Part shown: piece after piece, positions 1 through 11,400 of the stretch
Position numbering within the stretch: the stretch's first letter is position 1
How the letters are laid out: every line of letters begins with the position of its first letter
Assembly: GCA_963924565.1 (NCBI GenBank)
Contig: OZ004608.1
Location: 32,550,001-32,614,000, forward strand
DNA: 64,000 nucleotides
Direction of reading: 5' to 3'
Source: Ascidiella aspersa
Taxonomy: Eukaryota
The notes under the pieces: generated by a model
What the model was told of the DNA's origin: nothing
Seen by the model: the letters and a program-made list of their open reading frames with translations, nothing else
Databases searched by the model: none
Program-made: the position numbers and the translations under genes

Positions 1-80
1 ATTAAATTCTAACCCTGTCATTGTCATAGTTTCTCCTGGTCTCTCGTTGCATTTTTTACGAACTTTTTGTTTCTTTCCAG

Positions 81-210
81 CCTCGGCTCCGCTATGGCTT
101 CCGCGAGAAACTGGGAAACACAAGACGATCACGACTTCGAGGAGATGGAGCAACTGGTGATGGCCGACCTCCGGAACGAGTCTTCCTCCGAGGAAGACGA
201 GGACTTTTAG
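81..210 (+). CDS. Probable terminal coding exon of an unidentified gene entering from the left (acidic C-terminus ...LGSAMASARNWETQDDHDFEEMEQLVMADLRNESSSEEDEDF*)
   Basis: Pyrimidine tract plus acceptor tttctttccag ends at 80. A GC-rich, codon-like open frame follows to TAG at 208-210, then composition becomes AT-rich. Product not recognised. Confidence 0.55.
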
Positions 211-1245
211 CCTCCGAATCGTTACTCGGACTCGTGTTTATATCTGACCGCATAGCTTGAAATTTCAGCGAGTACTTGGTCCGGTAAAGCAGCACTTTTT
301 CGTGATGTTTGTGCAGCTGTGGCTAAAACAGGGTTTCTTCGCTTTTTTTTCAAAGCGGCGACCCAATTATTAGGCGTAAGTATTAGAGCGAAGACGGCGA
401 TATATTTCTCAACTTAACTTTTCCTAATTAAGCACAATATAAGACAAATAGGATTAATGAATTCGAAATTAAATATTATGCGGCGACTGTTATGTTTAGA
501 AACACTGTGCATATTACCTCGAGACAGTGCTTCTCAGTTTTTTTAGCGTCGACCCCCAATACTAAATTAACAAAAAAGTTTCATCGAGCCAAATTTTATT
601 ACTTGCCTGTTTATAAGCTTCAGTTGAATGAAACACAAAATTTTTAATTTAAGTATTGCAATTTTTGTCGCAAAGTTTTAAATTTTCGAAGAACCAATTG
701 TTTCACGGTTGGTCGCTGTGTTGTACGTTAAGTTTATGGAGCATAAATGTTTTATCTCCATTCATATAATGGCCTTGAAGGTAAATCTCTACGTTGCTCC
801 AAAGTACTAACTTATATGATGCGTTGCTGCGAAAAAGCTCTACCATGACAGGGAGCCTTCTGTTAAAGTATTCCTGTAAGTCAGGACCAAAATTAAATAC
901 GTTAAACACTTTTTTGCTTGCTCTTTGCTTTTGCACATTTAAAACTACGTTTTTTGTTCGCCTATTTTATTTTTATTTTTTCGTGTATTTTGGTTCTAAA
1001 TTGAAATGTCCGAAATTGCTATATTAATTTGGTATCGGAACAGCATTGAAATAGCATCCTAGTATCGGACAAGTACCGATAGTATTTGGCACAGGTATCA
1101 ACTCTGATTAGATATTATCGGACATCAGGAAAAGGAACAGTTCAGTTTTCTATAGCATTTCAATTAGCACAACATACGCGTTGTTATATTCTGTTTTATT
1201 TGGTGAAAGAATATAATCAATAAAAACCTTTTCTTTATACAACAT

Positions 1246-4200
1246 CTATAAACCACTGCTGAATTCAGACATTAGGTCGAATCTGGCTAGAATCGGATGT
1301 TTCTTTTTGGGATCTATTTTGAACGTTTTTACTGCTTGTTTTTTGACAGGCAAGTCCCCTTTTTCCTGTTTCTTTTCTGGTTCGCTAGTTTCAGCTGGGC
1401 CAGTGTCCATTTTTCGTTTTCTTTTAAATTGCATTTGTCTCACAGCATTTTGTCCAATGGTTTTGTGTAGGCTAGTCAGCGCTTCGCTTGGCGTATCCTG
1501 CAAATTCAAACGTGAGCTGTTGTTTGCTTTTATATATAACATTCTTTCTGCTATATTTATACAATTTGTAAAAAAAGATATGTGGTATACTTTTAAATAA
1601 ATTTTGGTTTACGGGCATACTTTTTTTGCTTTATTTTATATTACATCTGTGGTTATAAGAATTATAGTACACCATGTACTTTAAATATAACAAAACTGGT
1701 ATACAGTGCAAAAAACGGCACATCGGGTGCCATTGTTTAACGACAAATTGTATAAAAATCTTGACACAAGGTCAAAGTAGAAAGTGCAAAAAACAACAAC
1801 AACAAATTCTAGATTAATATGCTGCCACTAGTACAATCTATGACAGAAGCCCCCCCCTATCATTGGTTAGATTTGAATGGAAAATAAAATATATATAATT
1901 AAGCTGTATAGCAAAATGCTTTTGGTGCTTGGTAACCTCACATCTAGGATAACTTTGTGAACAAACAATTATTTACCTGGAGTGCAAAACTTTTAGCCAC
2001 ATGGCCAATGTGAAGATTCTTGACATGGAAGATGTGTTTGAGAGCAGATGGGTATGTTGCGTACGCTCGGATGTAGGCAACAAACGCCTTAGTGGCACAT
2101 TCCTTGAGGTTCTTGCTCTCTTTCACATAGCTTTCCAACATCTTGTGAGTTTCAGAAGCTTTCTCCTTGGCCATTTGGATCCTACAACATAGGTCATTTT
2201 AATTTTAGCCCTTTTTTTAATTGAAGAATTGCGTTAAATATTTCATTTGAAAATACTAGTTGTTGATTAACTGTCTTCGAATATCACACAAATATGGCCA
2301 CTACAAAATTCATTCTAGTTGTTGATAATACAGTAAAGCCACTACATATTCAAGTTACTAATGTGGGGTATGCCTAATTACAAGGCTAATAAACAACCTG
2401 CAAGCATCCAAAATTGGCTGGCTACAGTACCTGATGTTGTAGTGCAGTTTCTGACTCTTTTGATCCAGTAAGTCAGACAGAAGATCATCAAGTTTCATGG
2501 AATGTATTGAAATCTCGTAGCTTGACAATAACTTCACATAAGGAGCCTCATTTGGGGTTAAAAACAAAAGAGCATTGCCTAAAAAAAAGTTTAATTTCAT
2601 GTTAATGTTACAGATTTGAGTGCTTTCTGGTAAAACATAAAGTTTGCTGCTTTTTTTTGTGCCTATTATAATTATTACAATAATTACATAAAATTGTAAT
2701 ATATATATACATAATTGATCATTACTAATATCATAGTTGACAACCTTTATGCATCGAAAAACAGCGACATAAGTACATAAAAGGCCAGTCAGTGATTGAC
2801 TTAAGTCATTACAACAAGCACAATCCTTGCAAAAGTAACAGTACAAACATCACATCCACAAATTTACCTTTATGTCCAGCCCTGGCAGTTCGTCCAACCC
2901 TGTGAATGTAGTCGACAGGGTTTCCAGGACTCGTGTACTGCAGCACCCAGTCTACACAGGGGATGTCAAGACCACGGGCGGCAACATCAGTGCACAGGAG
3001 AACGCTCGACGAGAGCTTCTTGAATTTTAACACCATTTTAGTCCTCTCGACCTGAGCCATGCCACCGTGCAACTGAAGCACCTTGCTACGACAGTCTTCG
3101 CTGAAATTCTCGCCGAGGAACTTCTGTGTGAGTTGGTAGTGGAACTGGACCGAGTCACGACAGGACAGAAACACCAGCACTTTGGTGGATTTGTGCTTGG
3201 CTGCAATAAAGGCGAGGTAGGACACAAGTCTTAGCTTTGTTGGGATTATGACGACATGCTGTCGGAGCTGCTCAGGTAAAGTTGTTTTCTCGACGTACAA
3301 ACCGGTGGCTGGGTCGACGAATTTTCCAGATTCGGATTTCACCATGGCACCTTCGTTTATGTCGATTGTGACTGGGTCGCTCATAGCCAAATCTACCAGA
3401 CTCTCAACACCTTTGTTGAGGGTGGCAGACAGCAAGACAGTTTGGTGTTCGCCGGTAGCTTGCTTTTTTACCTCGGCTAGGATTCTCTTGACATCCTTTT
3501 GGAAGCCCATATCGAGCAGTCTGTCTGCCTCGTCGAACACAACCCACTTAATTTTCTCCAAACTGAGACAAGCCGTGTTTTCAAGATGATCCAGGAAACG
3601 GCCTGGGGTGGAGACAATGATGTTAGTGCCTTTCCTAATTCTTGCTTTCTCTGATTTGCGGTTTTGCCCACCTACCAACCAGGTGGCCACTATCCTTCTG
3701 ATTGGTTGAGTCACTTGTTGAAACACGGCGTAGCTCTGTTGAGCAAGCTCCCTCGTGGGTGTTAGGACAATGGCAAGAGGTCCAGTTTCCCTGTTTACTT
3801 CTGGTTCAATTGCTTGTAGACTTTGCATAATCGACAGTGCATAGGCTAGGGTCTTTCCTGAACCAGTCTGCGACTTTATCAGTGCGTCTTTACCGTTTAG
3901 CAAGATCGGAATAGAGCGCGCCTGCACTGCAGTCATTTCTTTTAAATTCATTTTCTCAATTATGTATGACTTTAAACCTGAGTGAATATCCAAATCGGAG
4001 AAGCTTTCTGTTGTTTCTTTTTCAGTTTTTATTTGAACTTTGGGCTTTGGCAAATTGAGTTCTGGGATATCTGGGTTGCCAGAAAATATGTTTGCAGTTA
4101 CGGGCTTCAGCGGTCTTTTTTTGATTTGAACACTCTTTACAGTTGATGGAGACACATCCGCAAAACTCTGAGTTTTTACATTGTCTTCCGCAGTTTTTGC

Positions 4201-4401
4201 AACATCCTCATCCTTGTTGGAAGTTTTAACGAGCTCTTTGGAGGGGGCACCAAATTTTTCAATCTTTTTGCGAAACTTTCTTCTGTCCAATATTCTTTGC
4301 TTTCTATTTTTACTGATTTTGCCGATGAAACCCCGTCGATTGTGCTTCTTAACAAGCTGAACAGGAGCCGAAGATATGTTTAAGGTTAACTCTTCAGTCA
4401 T
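1246..4401 (-). CDS. DDX31: DEAD-box RNA helicase DDX31/Dbp7, 4 exons (4401-2868, 2578-2431, 2181-1977, 1497-1246), 712 aa
   Basis: Motifs SQTGSGKT, PTRELA, TPGR, DEAD, SAT, ARGLD and HRVGRTAR. Family-typical GGQNRKSEKARIRKG, AFVAYIRAYATYP, LHIGHVAKSFAL and C-terminal SEFSSGL. All introns GT-AG with consistent phases; total 2139 nt. Confidence 0.93.
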
Positions 4402-4646
4402 TTTTAAACACTAAATATATAACCTAAAGAAATAATTAAATACAACTTCATCAACAAAACAACAATCAGTATTTAAATTCCTTACAAACAACAAAAAAGG
4501 TAGAACATAAGTAAATTAACAATTATTATATTAAAACAGAAATAACATTGCACAGTTTTTTATATAAATTGATTTTGCATAATTTATGGTGTTGTTAAAA
4601 TAAAGTATACAGCGATAAATAAAAGCATAAAGTAAAGACAAAATTT

Positions 4647-6314
4647 CTAAAGTTTTGCCTGAATTTGATTATCATCCAGTTCATTTCCCAGGCACCAAAC
4701 ATCGGCTTTGATAGAAGAAAATCGGTTTAGAAATTGTAGCGCATCGCTTTGTCCCAATACAAATCTTTCTACAGCTGGCATGAACAAAGGCGCCGGCAGA
4801 GTAAAGTTTACTTTGGGGTACAAAATAACTTTGTCCTCCGACTGTGTTTCCTTCACATTATTAACAAGTAGGCCGAGGAGCTGATGCGAATCTGAGGAAA
4901 GCAAAGCTCCACCACTGGCACCATCATGTACTACACATGTCGAATGGATCAAGACAACTGGTTGAGAGTTGCCGATTTTAGTGGTTCCCACGCTTGAAAT
5001 GACTCCTTTTGTTATGGTGGGAAGCATGTCACAGTTTTCAAAGAGACAGTGGCCCTTTGATAATGCATCCATGCCCTTTCTGGGGTATCTTATATATTTT
5101 GTGAAAAAACACAATGGATTCATGTCTACTTTATAGGTGGCCATCTGCATTCGATGTAGTACAGATGACATATTATGCTTGTCTAACTTCACTTTAACAA
5201 GTGAAAAGTCAAACCAAGACTTATCAGCAACGAAAACAATTTCGGCTTGGTGCCATTTTAAGTGACGGCCAAGTCCAACTTGTGCATACAGTGACTTGCC
5301 TGCTGGACTCACAACATGTGCACAGGTGGCTATATATAGCGCCATCTTGTCAGGTGATGTGTCAAGAGCTACGACCACTCCAGAACCCCAGCCCTTCATG
5401 TGTTTTAACACCACAACGTCAGGTCCATAATGCACTTCTGATAAGCCCAGAGGCGCATATGATTTCAACTTTGCATTTGCCACACAGGGATTAAGCTGTA
5501 ATGGGCGGTTGTATAGATTGGATGAGGTATGCATTGCAAGACATGACAGGATTTCAGGAAACGAACATGCTATTCCTAATCCACTCAGTTCACCACTTTT
5601 CATGGTCAGCGGAGACACTATAATGCCAATCACTGTGTTGTTTTTATCATCGGTGAAAACAGCACCACCTTCTGAACCGGGCAGACAGTACATATCGATG
5701 ATAAAGACAGTATTCTGTACTACATTGGAAAGAATGCCTTTGCTTATACAGCCTTCGAAAACACTTGGCACAGCGGCACCGAATGGACACGTTTCTATCC
5801 ATAGTGGCATGCCCTGGTGTATTTTAGTGCCATTAAAATTCTGGGAAAAACTGTTTTCTGGTTTTGTTTCAAGTTCAATTTCAAAGATCAAAAACCAAGA
5901 TAGAAAGTCCTGCGATAAGTGAGCGTTACAACAGGGTTTTTCTTCATTACTGTCACATTTTTTACTTGAGGAGCCCAACCCAACTAATATCTTCTTAAGT
6001 ACTAATTCCAACCTTCTGCTTCTCAGAGCAAAAGCCGGTAACGCAACAATATTTCTATCACCAGTGCCAATTGATATCTTGGTTTTGACATCTTGACTGC
6101 TGTTTTCTAAACCAGCAAACTCCTGATATTGCAGTGACTTTGCTTGTTGGCATTTCATAAATTTCAGAAAAGGCAAAAAATGAGTGACGACCAAATGTTT
6201 GTTTCCCGTTTCAAATGCACAACCGCTCCAAATTTCACTCTGATCATCGTTTTCACCTGAAAAACGGGCAGACACTGAACAAGGTGCACACCATGTTACG
6301 GTTAGATCATGCAT
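4647..6314 (-). CDS. TYSND1: Peroxisomal leader peptide-processing protease (trypsin domain-containing 1), single exon, 555 aa
   Basis: Two trypsin-like regions. The first has CLPGSEGGAVF. The second has WGSGVVV, ATCAHVV (His), FDFSLVKV (Asp) and HDGASGG (Ser). C-terminal PTS1 tripeptide AKL. Confidence 0.88.
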   Translation of the reverse strand: MHDLTVTWCAPCSVSARFSGENDDQSEIWSGCAFETGNKHLVVTHFLPFLKFMKCQQAKSLQYQEFAGLENSSQDVKTKISIGTGDRNIVALPAFALRSRRLELVLKKILVGLGSSSKKCDSNEEKPCCNAHLSQDFLSWFLIFEIELETKPENSFSQNFNGTKIHQGMPLWIETCPFGAAVPSVFEGCISKGILSNVVQNTVFIIDMYCLPGSEGGAVFTDDKNNTVIGIIVSPLTMKSGELSGLGIACSFPEILSCLAMHTSSNLYNRPLQLNPCVANAKLKSYAPLGLSEVHYGPDVVVLKHMKGWGSGVVVALDTSPDKMALYIATCAHVVSPAGKSLYAQVGLGRHLKWHQAEIVFVADKSWFDFSLVKVKLDKHNMSSVLHRMQMATYKVDMNPLCFFTKYIRYPRKGMDALSKGHCLFENCDMLPTITKGVISSVGTTKIGNSQPVVLIHSTCVVHDGASGGALLSSDSHQLLGLLVNNVKETQSEDKVILYPKVNFTLPAPLFMPAVERFVLGQSDALQFLNRFSSIKADVWCLGNELDDNQIQAKL

Positions 6315-8463
6315 TTTTTACACACTTTAAAACACATATTCCCTAAAATCAAAAATCCAAGATACACAAAAAGCAAATGGTGTACAATTGTAAAACTTTA
6401 TCTTGATACAGGATCAAAAAAAAATATAATAAATTAGACACTTTTGATCTTTATTATTTGTGAATATAAAGTTAAACAAACTAGGGGCCTTACTGTGTCA
6501 CTAGAGGTGTGCTTGTAGTCCATTTGGGCCATAACAATTCGACATGCTTAAATCTTGTTACGCAAAACCTCGTAAATTTATTTTGTACCACGTGTTTAGT
6601 TTTGTTTACAGAATACTTTACGCACGACCGAGCAGCGTCGTCCAGGCGTTAAGTGTTTTTTATTATAAAATTTGCAAATTTTGGAAGATTTGTATAAAGA
6701 ACTGCGTTTGTATAATTTAGTGGTGATTATTTTAAAATCCAATTGTCACTTCAGTAAGTTGGCCTCCACATCTGATAAAAAATGGCAGCATTTCTACCTA
6801 CGCATAGCGGCATAGCTAGAATAAATGAGCGAACGTAGTTTGTTTTAGTTTTCAATCTGCACTCAAGGAAACGGAAGTACAGTACCGCGGGAAGGTTTTT
6901 AGGTTGAATTGATAAATTTGTGTCAAGGTTTTTACATTTACCTGTAAGGATATTCAAATTTATTGTCTAATTAATTGCCTTCAAGTGTTCCTACAGAATT
7001 TTCTGTAATGCTACACAATCGTCATTGTATATTCTATAGAAACTGCAAATTGACGACCTTTTTTGTAAACGTATTATATTGGCGTTGGTCTCGAACCCCT
7101 CCACTTTTTCGTATTACCGAAACGAGTTTTAAACATGGAATTTGCGAAGGAGAAAAAATATAGAAGAATAATTATGATAATAACACTTGACCTACCTAAA
7201 CCCAACCAACACCCTAACAAAAATGATGATAACAATATAAACCCGCGGGCGAAAATGTTGTAGGGTTCTAGATCACAGCACCCTTTAATGACCAAGGTTT
7301 ATAATATAATAATGGAGAGCTACAATTTCTACTTTTAAATTTTTATCTCATGTTTTAAAATAATGTTGTTTTGTTGAAGCATGAAACCAGACTGTCTTCG
7401 GCAACAGGTGTACATCAGTGTTTTTTTTAAATTTGAGTGCACACCTGAATTTGTAAATTGCGAACTTAAGTTTTCGGAAAAAAATTGAGTTGTGTATGTT
7501 GTACTTAAGACATTTCTTTTGCGTGGAATGCTTGCCCGAAACCCACCAGTGACTTTTTTGGTGGGAAACATGTCTGGCCTCTGGAATTTTGGCATAAGAT
7601 ATCGGCGAAAATGCTTTGGGCACTAATCTGATCTTACCACAAGTTATAAAATGCATTCGAGACTTCTTAGGGTAACATCCAGGTTGCAGTTTGTGACACT
7701 CTAGGCCTAGATCTTTGGTTATGCAGCACCAAGTTTTAAGGTGTACATAGGTGCAATTCTGTATTTTGCACACTCATATGAGGTGTGCACCTGCGACAGA
7801 GTGATTAAAATACTGTTGAAAGTGCACAGCTACAGCCATCAGCCGTGACTAGAATTAACTAAGCGAGGGATTTCCAGTCTAGACCCATTTGAGATCTTGT
7901 CAAAAAGTGCTATAAAATAAATACTGTACATTAAAATCTTTTAATTTTGTAGTTTAGTTTCAGTTAATTTCAAATGACTTGTTTTTAGAAGTTACTTTTT
8001 TATATGACAATGAGCAATTTGTATGTTACGGTAACACTTTGTTATATATATTGGAAGTTGTGCTTTCATTTTTGTTACGAAGAATACTGTTTTTTGTTAT
8101 CAATTTATCCATTAAATATTACGTCACACCGCATAAATCATTTCCAATTATTCAAAGCAGTGACTTAAAAACATGTAAAAATATCTTTTTTTACTAGGAT
8201 GAAGGCCGTCTATTTGAATGAGAATTTTATCTAAAATGAATATTTATGAGTCACAAAAAACGGTATTATTTTTAAGTTAAACTTGCCAATAAATATTTAA
8301 ATGCTATTAAGTAACTCATTTTCTTACACAAAATGTTGACGACTTAAGTACTTAGTTAATTACACATTTGAGAATTTTAACAACAGTTCTGTTTTACTTT
8401 AGTGTATTTGAAGGAAATGAAATGAGTTTTGATTAAATTTTGTTAAACATATTAAATTGTAAA
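6315..8463. promoter_or_regulatory. Divergent (head-to-head) intergenic region between TYSND1 and DOCK; probable shared promoter
   Basis: Start codons point away from each other about 2.1 kb apart. CpG-containing patch with CACGTG near 6589-6650. TSSs cannot be located from sequence. Confidence 0.45.
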
Positions 8464-11400
8464 ATGCCAGGTGCCGGATGGATTGTTGCCGTTAAGGCGA
8501 AATATGGAGTTGGTAAGTTGTTGTTATTCACTGGTATGTAAAAATACATCAAATTAATTTGTCAGTATTAAAAAAAAAATTGTTGTAGTTTTTTTTCAGA
8601 ACATGTTAAACATTTTAATGATAAAATATATCATCAAAAAACTATTTTAATGAAAAAATAATTGTTGACTACCAACACAGGCAGTTAATTAGTTATTGCA
8701 AATATAGGAAGATGTCTTTTCCAGCTCAAAATAGTATTAAATGACATTAATGGTTAAGATTTAATTTCTACTAACTTTTTTATTTTTTTCTAATTATTTT
8801 CAGCCGTATGTAACTACTATTCAAAAGAAGATAAACATCTCAGTTTGTCAGTTGGTGATACTGTTCATATCATCGAGGAATATGAAGGTATTTTTCAATT
8901 ATTCTTAAAACTTTTTTTCAAACCTAATTCCATTACTTGAAAAATGTTTTGCAGGACATTGGTATCGTGGTTTTCTTATTATGGACAAAACCAAAAAGGT
9001 AATCAAATTTAAATGTGTAATTTAAAATTAATTGTATTTTTATAATAAAAATTTTTGCTTTATTTTTAGGGCGTTTTCCCAGCAAATCATATATATATCA
9101 AAGAGGCAATCATTGAAAAAAGAGGGTAATAAATATATTTTACTTGAATTAAAAAAAAGTTTTACCAATATAAAGGCATTTTTTTGAGATTTTCAAACAA
9201 ATTTTTATTAATCACGATCTTACCTAGTGCAATTTTCATAAATGCTAGCATTGACATACACTTTAAAATAAAAATATTGTCATATATATTTATAAAACAG
9301 TTTATATTTAATAAAATACCATTGGTTAAGGATTTAAATTTCAATATTTGCCATCTGCATAAAAACAATGGTTAAAAAAAACCAACTATTTTTAACCCTA
9401 ATCATATTCAGTTTAGTGGTTAGCCTTACCGTAATGCCAAAAAAATATTACAACACAAGCATTTCCACATCAACCACAATGCAGGGACAATAGCAGGATG
9501 CCCCATTCACATTGGATGTATGTGTATTGTTGGCAGGAAAACTGAAAACATTGTGCCCACCGAGCTGCCTGTCGTCCAGGAAGTGTCTCACGTGCTGCGC
9601 GAATGGGGAATCATATGGAAGCAAATGTTCCTGGCAAGTTGCTCGCTTTTTTGTTTTTTGAGGTATTTGTTTTTCTAATTTCGGCTTGGTATACAAACAT
9701 GTGTCTCACAAGATAAGGATTTTTTGAAAGCTACTATTCTGAGAGCCATCGTCATCTTAAAACATTTAAATTTTCAACTAACCGAAAAATGTTTAACTAT
9801 TGTCATCAAGTGCAATTAAAATTCTTATGTCTCCGATACAACACAAAATAAACTTAAATTTACATTACCTGCCAAAGAGTTCGCATTTTCGATCAATTTT
9901 TTTTACAAAAAAAATTACTCTAAATTTGCCTTAATCAAGTTTTTTTTCATTTTGAAATTAAATTAGGTTCTTTCAACTTAACAAATAGCCAAATTAGGTT
10001 CAAATCTTGGTAATAATTAAATTTTTATACAATAAAAAAACTTAATCGTGCTCAATAAACTTTTCTTCACATTCAAATAACTTAGTGCCAATCAATTACA
10101 TTGTCAAATAATAAAACTTAAAATAATTACATTTCTGCACAAAATATTAAAAAAAGTTCCTCTTTTATACTCATAAAAATTTAGCGCCTTTAACACATAC
10201 CAAGTAGCTTCAATACCAATGAGAATCTAATTCTTACAGACAAACAAAGACCCAGATATTTTTTCCCACGTCCGTATTATGATGCGGGAACTGATCTCGA
10301 TGCGAAGACAAGTAATCTCCGGTACTCTTCCCGCTGACGAACTGGCACGGACTTCTCACCAGATCGCTGATCGAGTCGACTACGGCAACCGTCTCCTCAA
10401 ACTCGATCTGAGCATCCGTAACGAGGAGACTTGCACTCCAGCTGACATTCGAACCTTGTCAGCGGTCGAGGTTTTCAAAATGGTATGTCAGTGGTTCTCA
10501 ACCGGGGTGTCACTGTGGCACCCTGGCCCTGGGGTGCCATTTCTAATGCACAATGGTGCCGAGAGATGTTTGAAAATCTTTAGGAATCTGATTTTTGCTT
10601 AACTCTTATATCTTTTTGTGTAAGATTATAGTGGAATAAATCAAATTATAATGTTGTACGTTATGTAGAGTTGTTGTGTGTTGTTCCAGTTCCGCTTATG
10701 GTTTGTTATTTTAGTGAATTACCTACGGAAAAAACTTGGGGGTGCCGCAATTATTTCTCAGGGGTGCCGCTAGCCATAAAAGGCTGAGAGGCACTGTGGT
10801 ATGTCTTAAATGTAATGAGGCTAAGTTACTCATAATATAGGGTTGCGGTTTTGCATTCTCCTACTCGCCAAAGTCGATTCCATTTCGCACCAGATGAGAA
10901 GTGATTGACACCGTTTGCCTGAATGATGAGTGCATCTAAAATGGTTCTTGTTATCAGACTATTGACCTGATGGCGGTCTTAATTTTCCTATCTGTGAAAA
11001 AAAGGACAATTAATTGTGTAAATTATTTTCGATTAACACCAATGGTTAAAAGTCACACACTGTTGTCCATCTGGCGTGTGCAAACTTGAGTTTATATCTA
11101 CCCATGGTATGTAAAGTTCTAAATGGAAAAATACTGTTTTTGTTGTGTGCAATCAAACTAAGCAATTTTTGGTTTAGAAAACCAAGATACATATGTTTTT
11201 ACTCCTCACCAGAAATCATGTTCTAAAGTTTTGTTAATTGTTTTAACCTCACATTTTTTGGGTGTGTAAAGAACCAAATTAATGGTCCATAAAGCATTTG
11301 ATGTTAAAACTCTTAAAAGGCTTGAAAAAAAACTTTGCAACATATGCAATTTGTTCTTTTGCCATAAAGTTATAACTTAGCATGGTAAAGCAAGAGTTTC

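Noticed and set aside
2809-2867. DDX31 ending at the ORF-track stop (530 aa)
   Set aside because: The tail is read-through into intron 1. A donor at 2867 and three further in-phase exons complete the protein.
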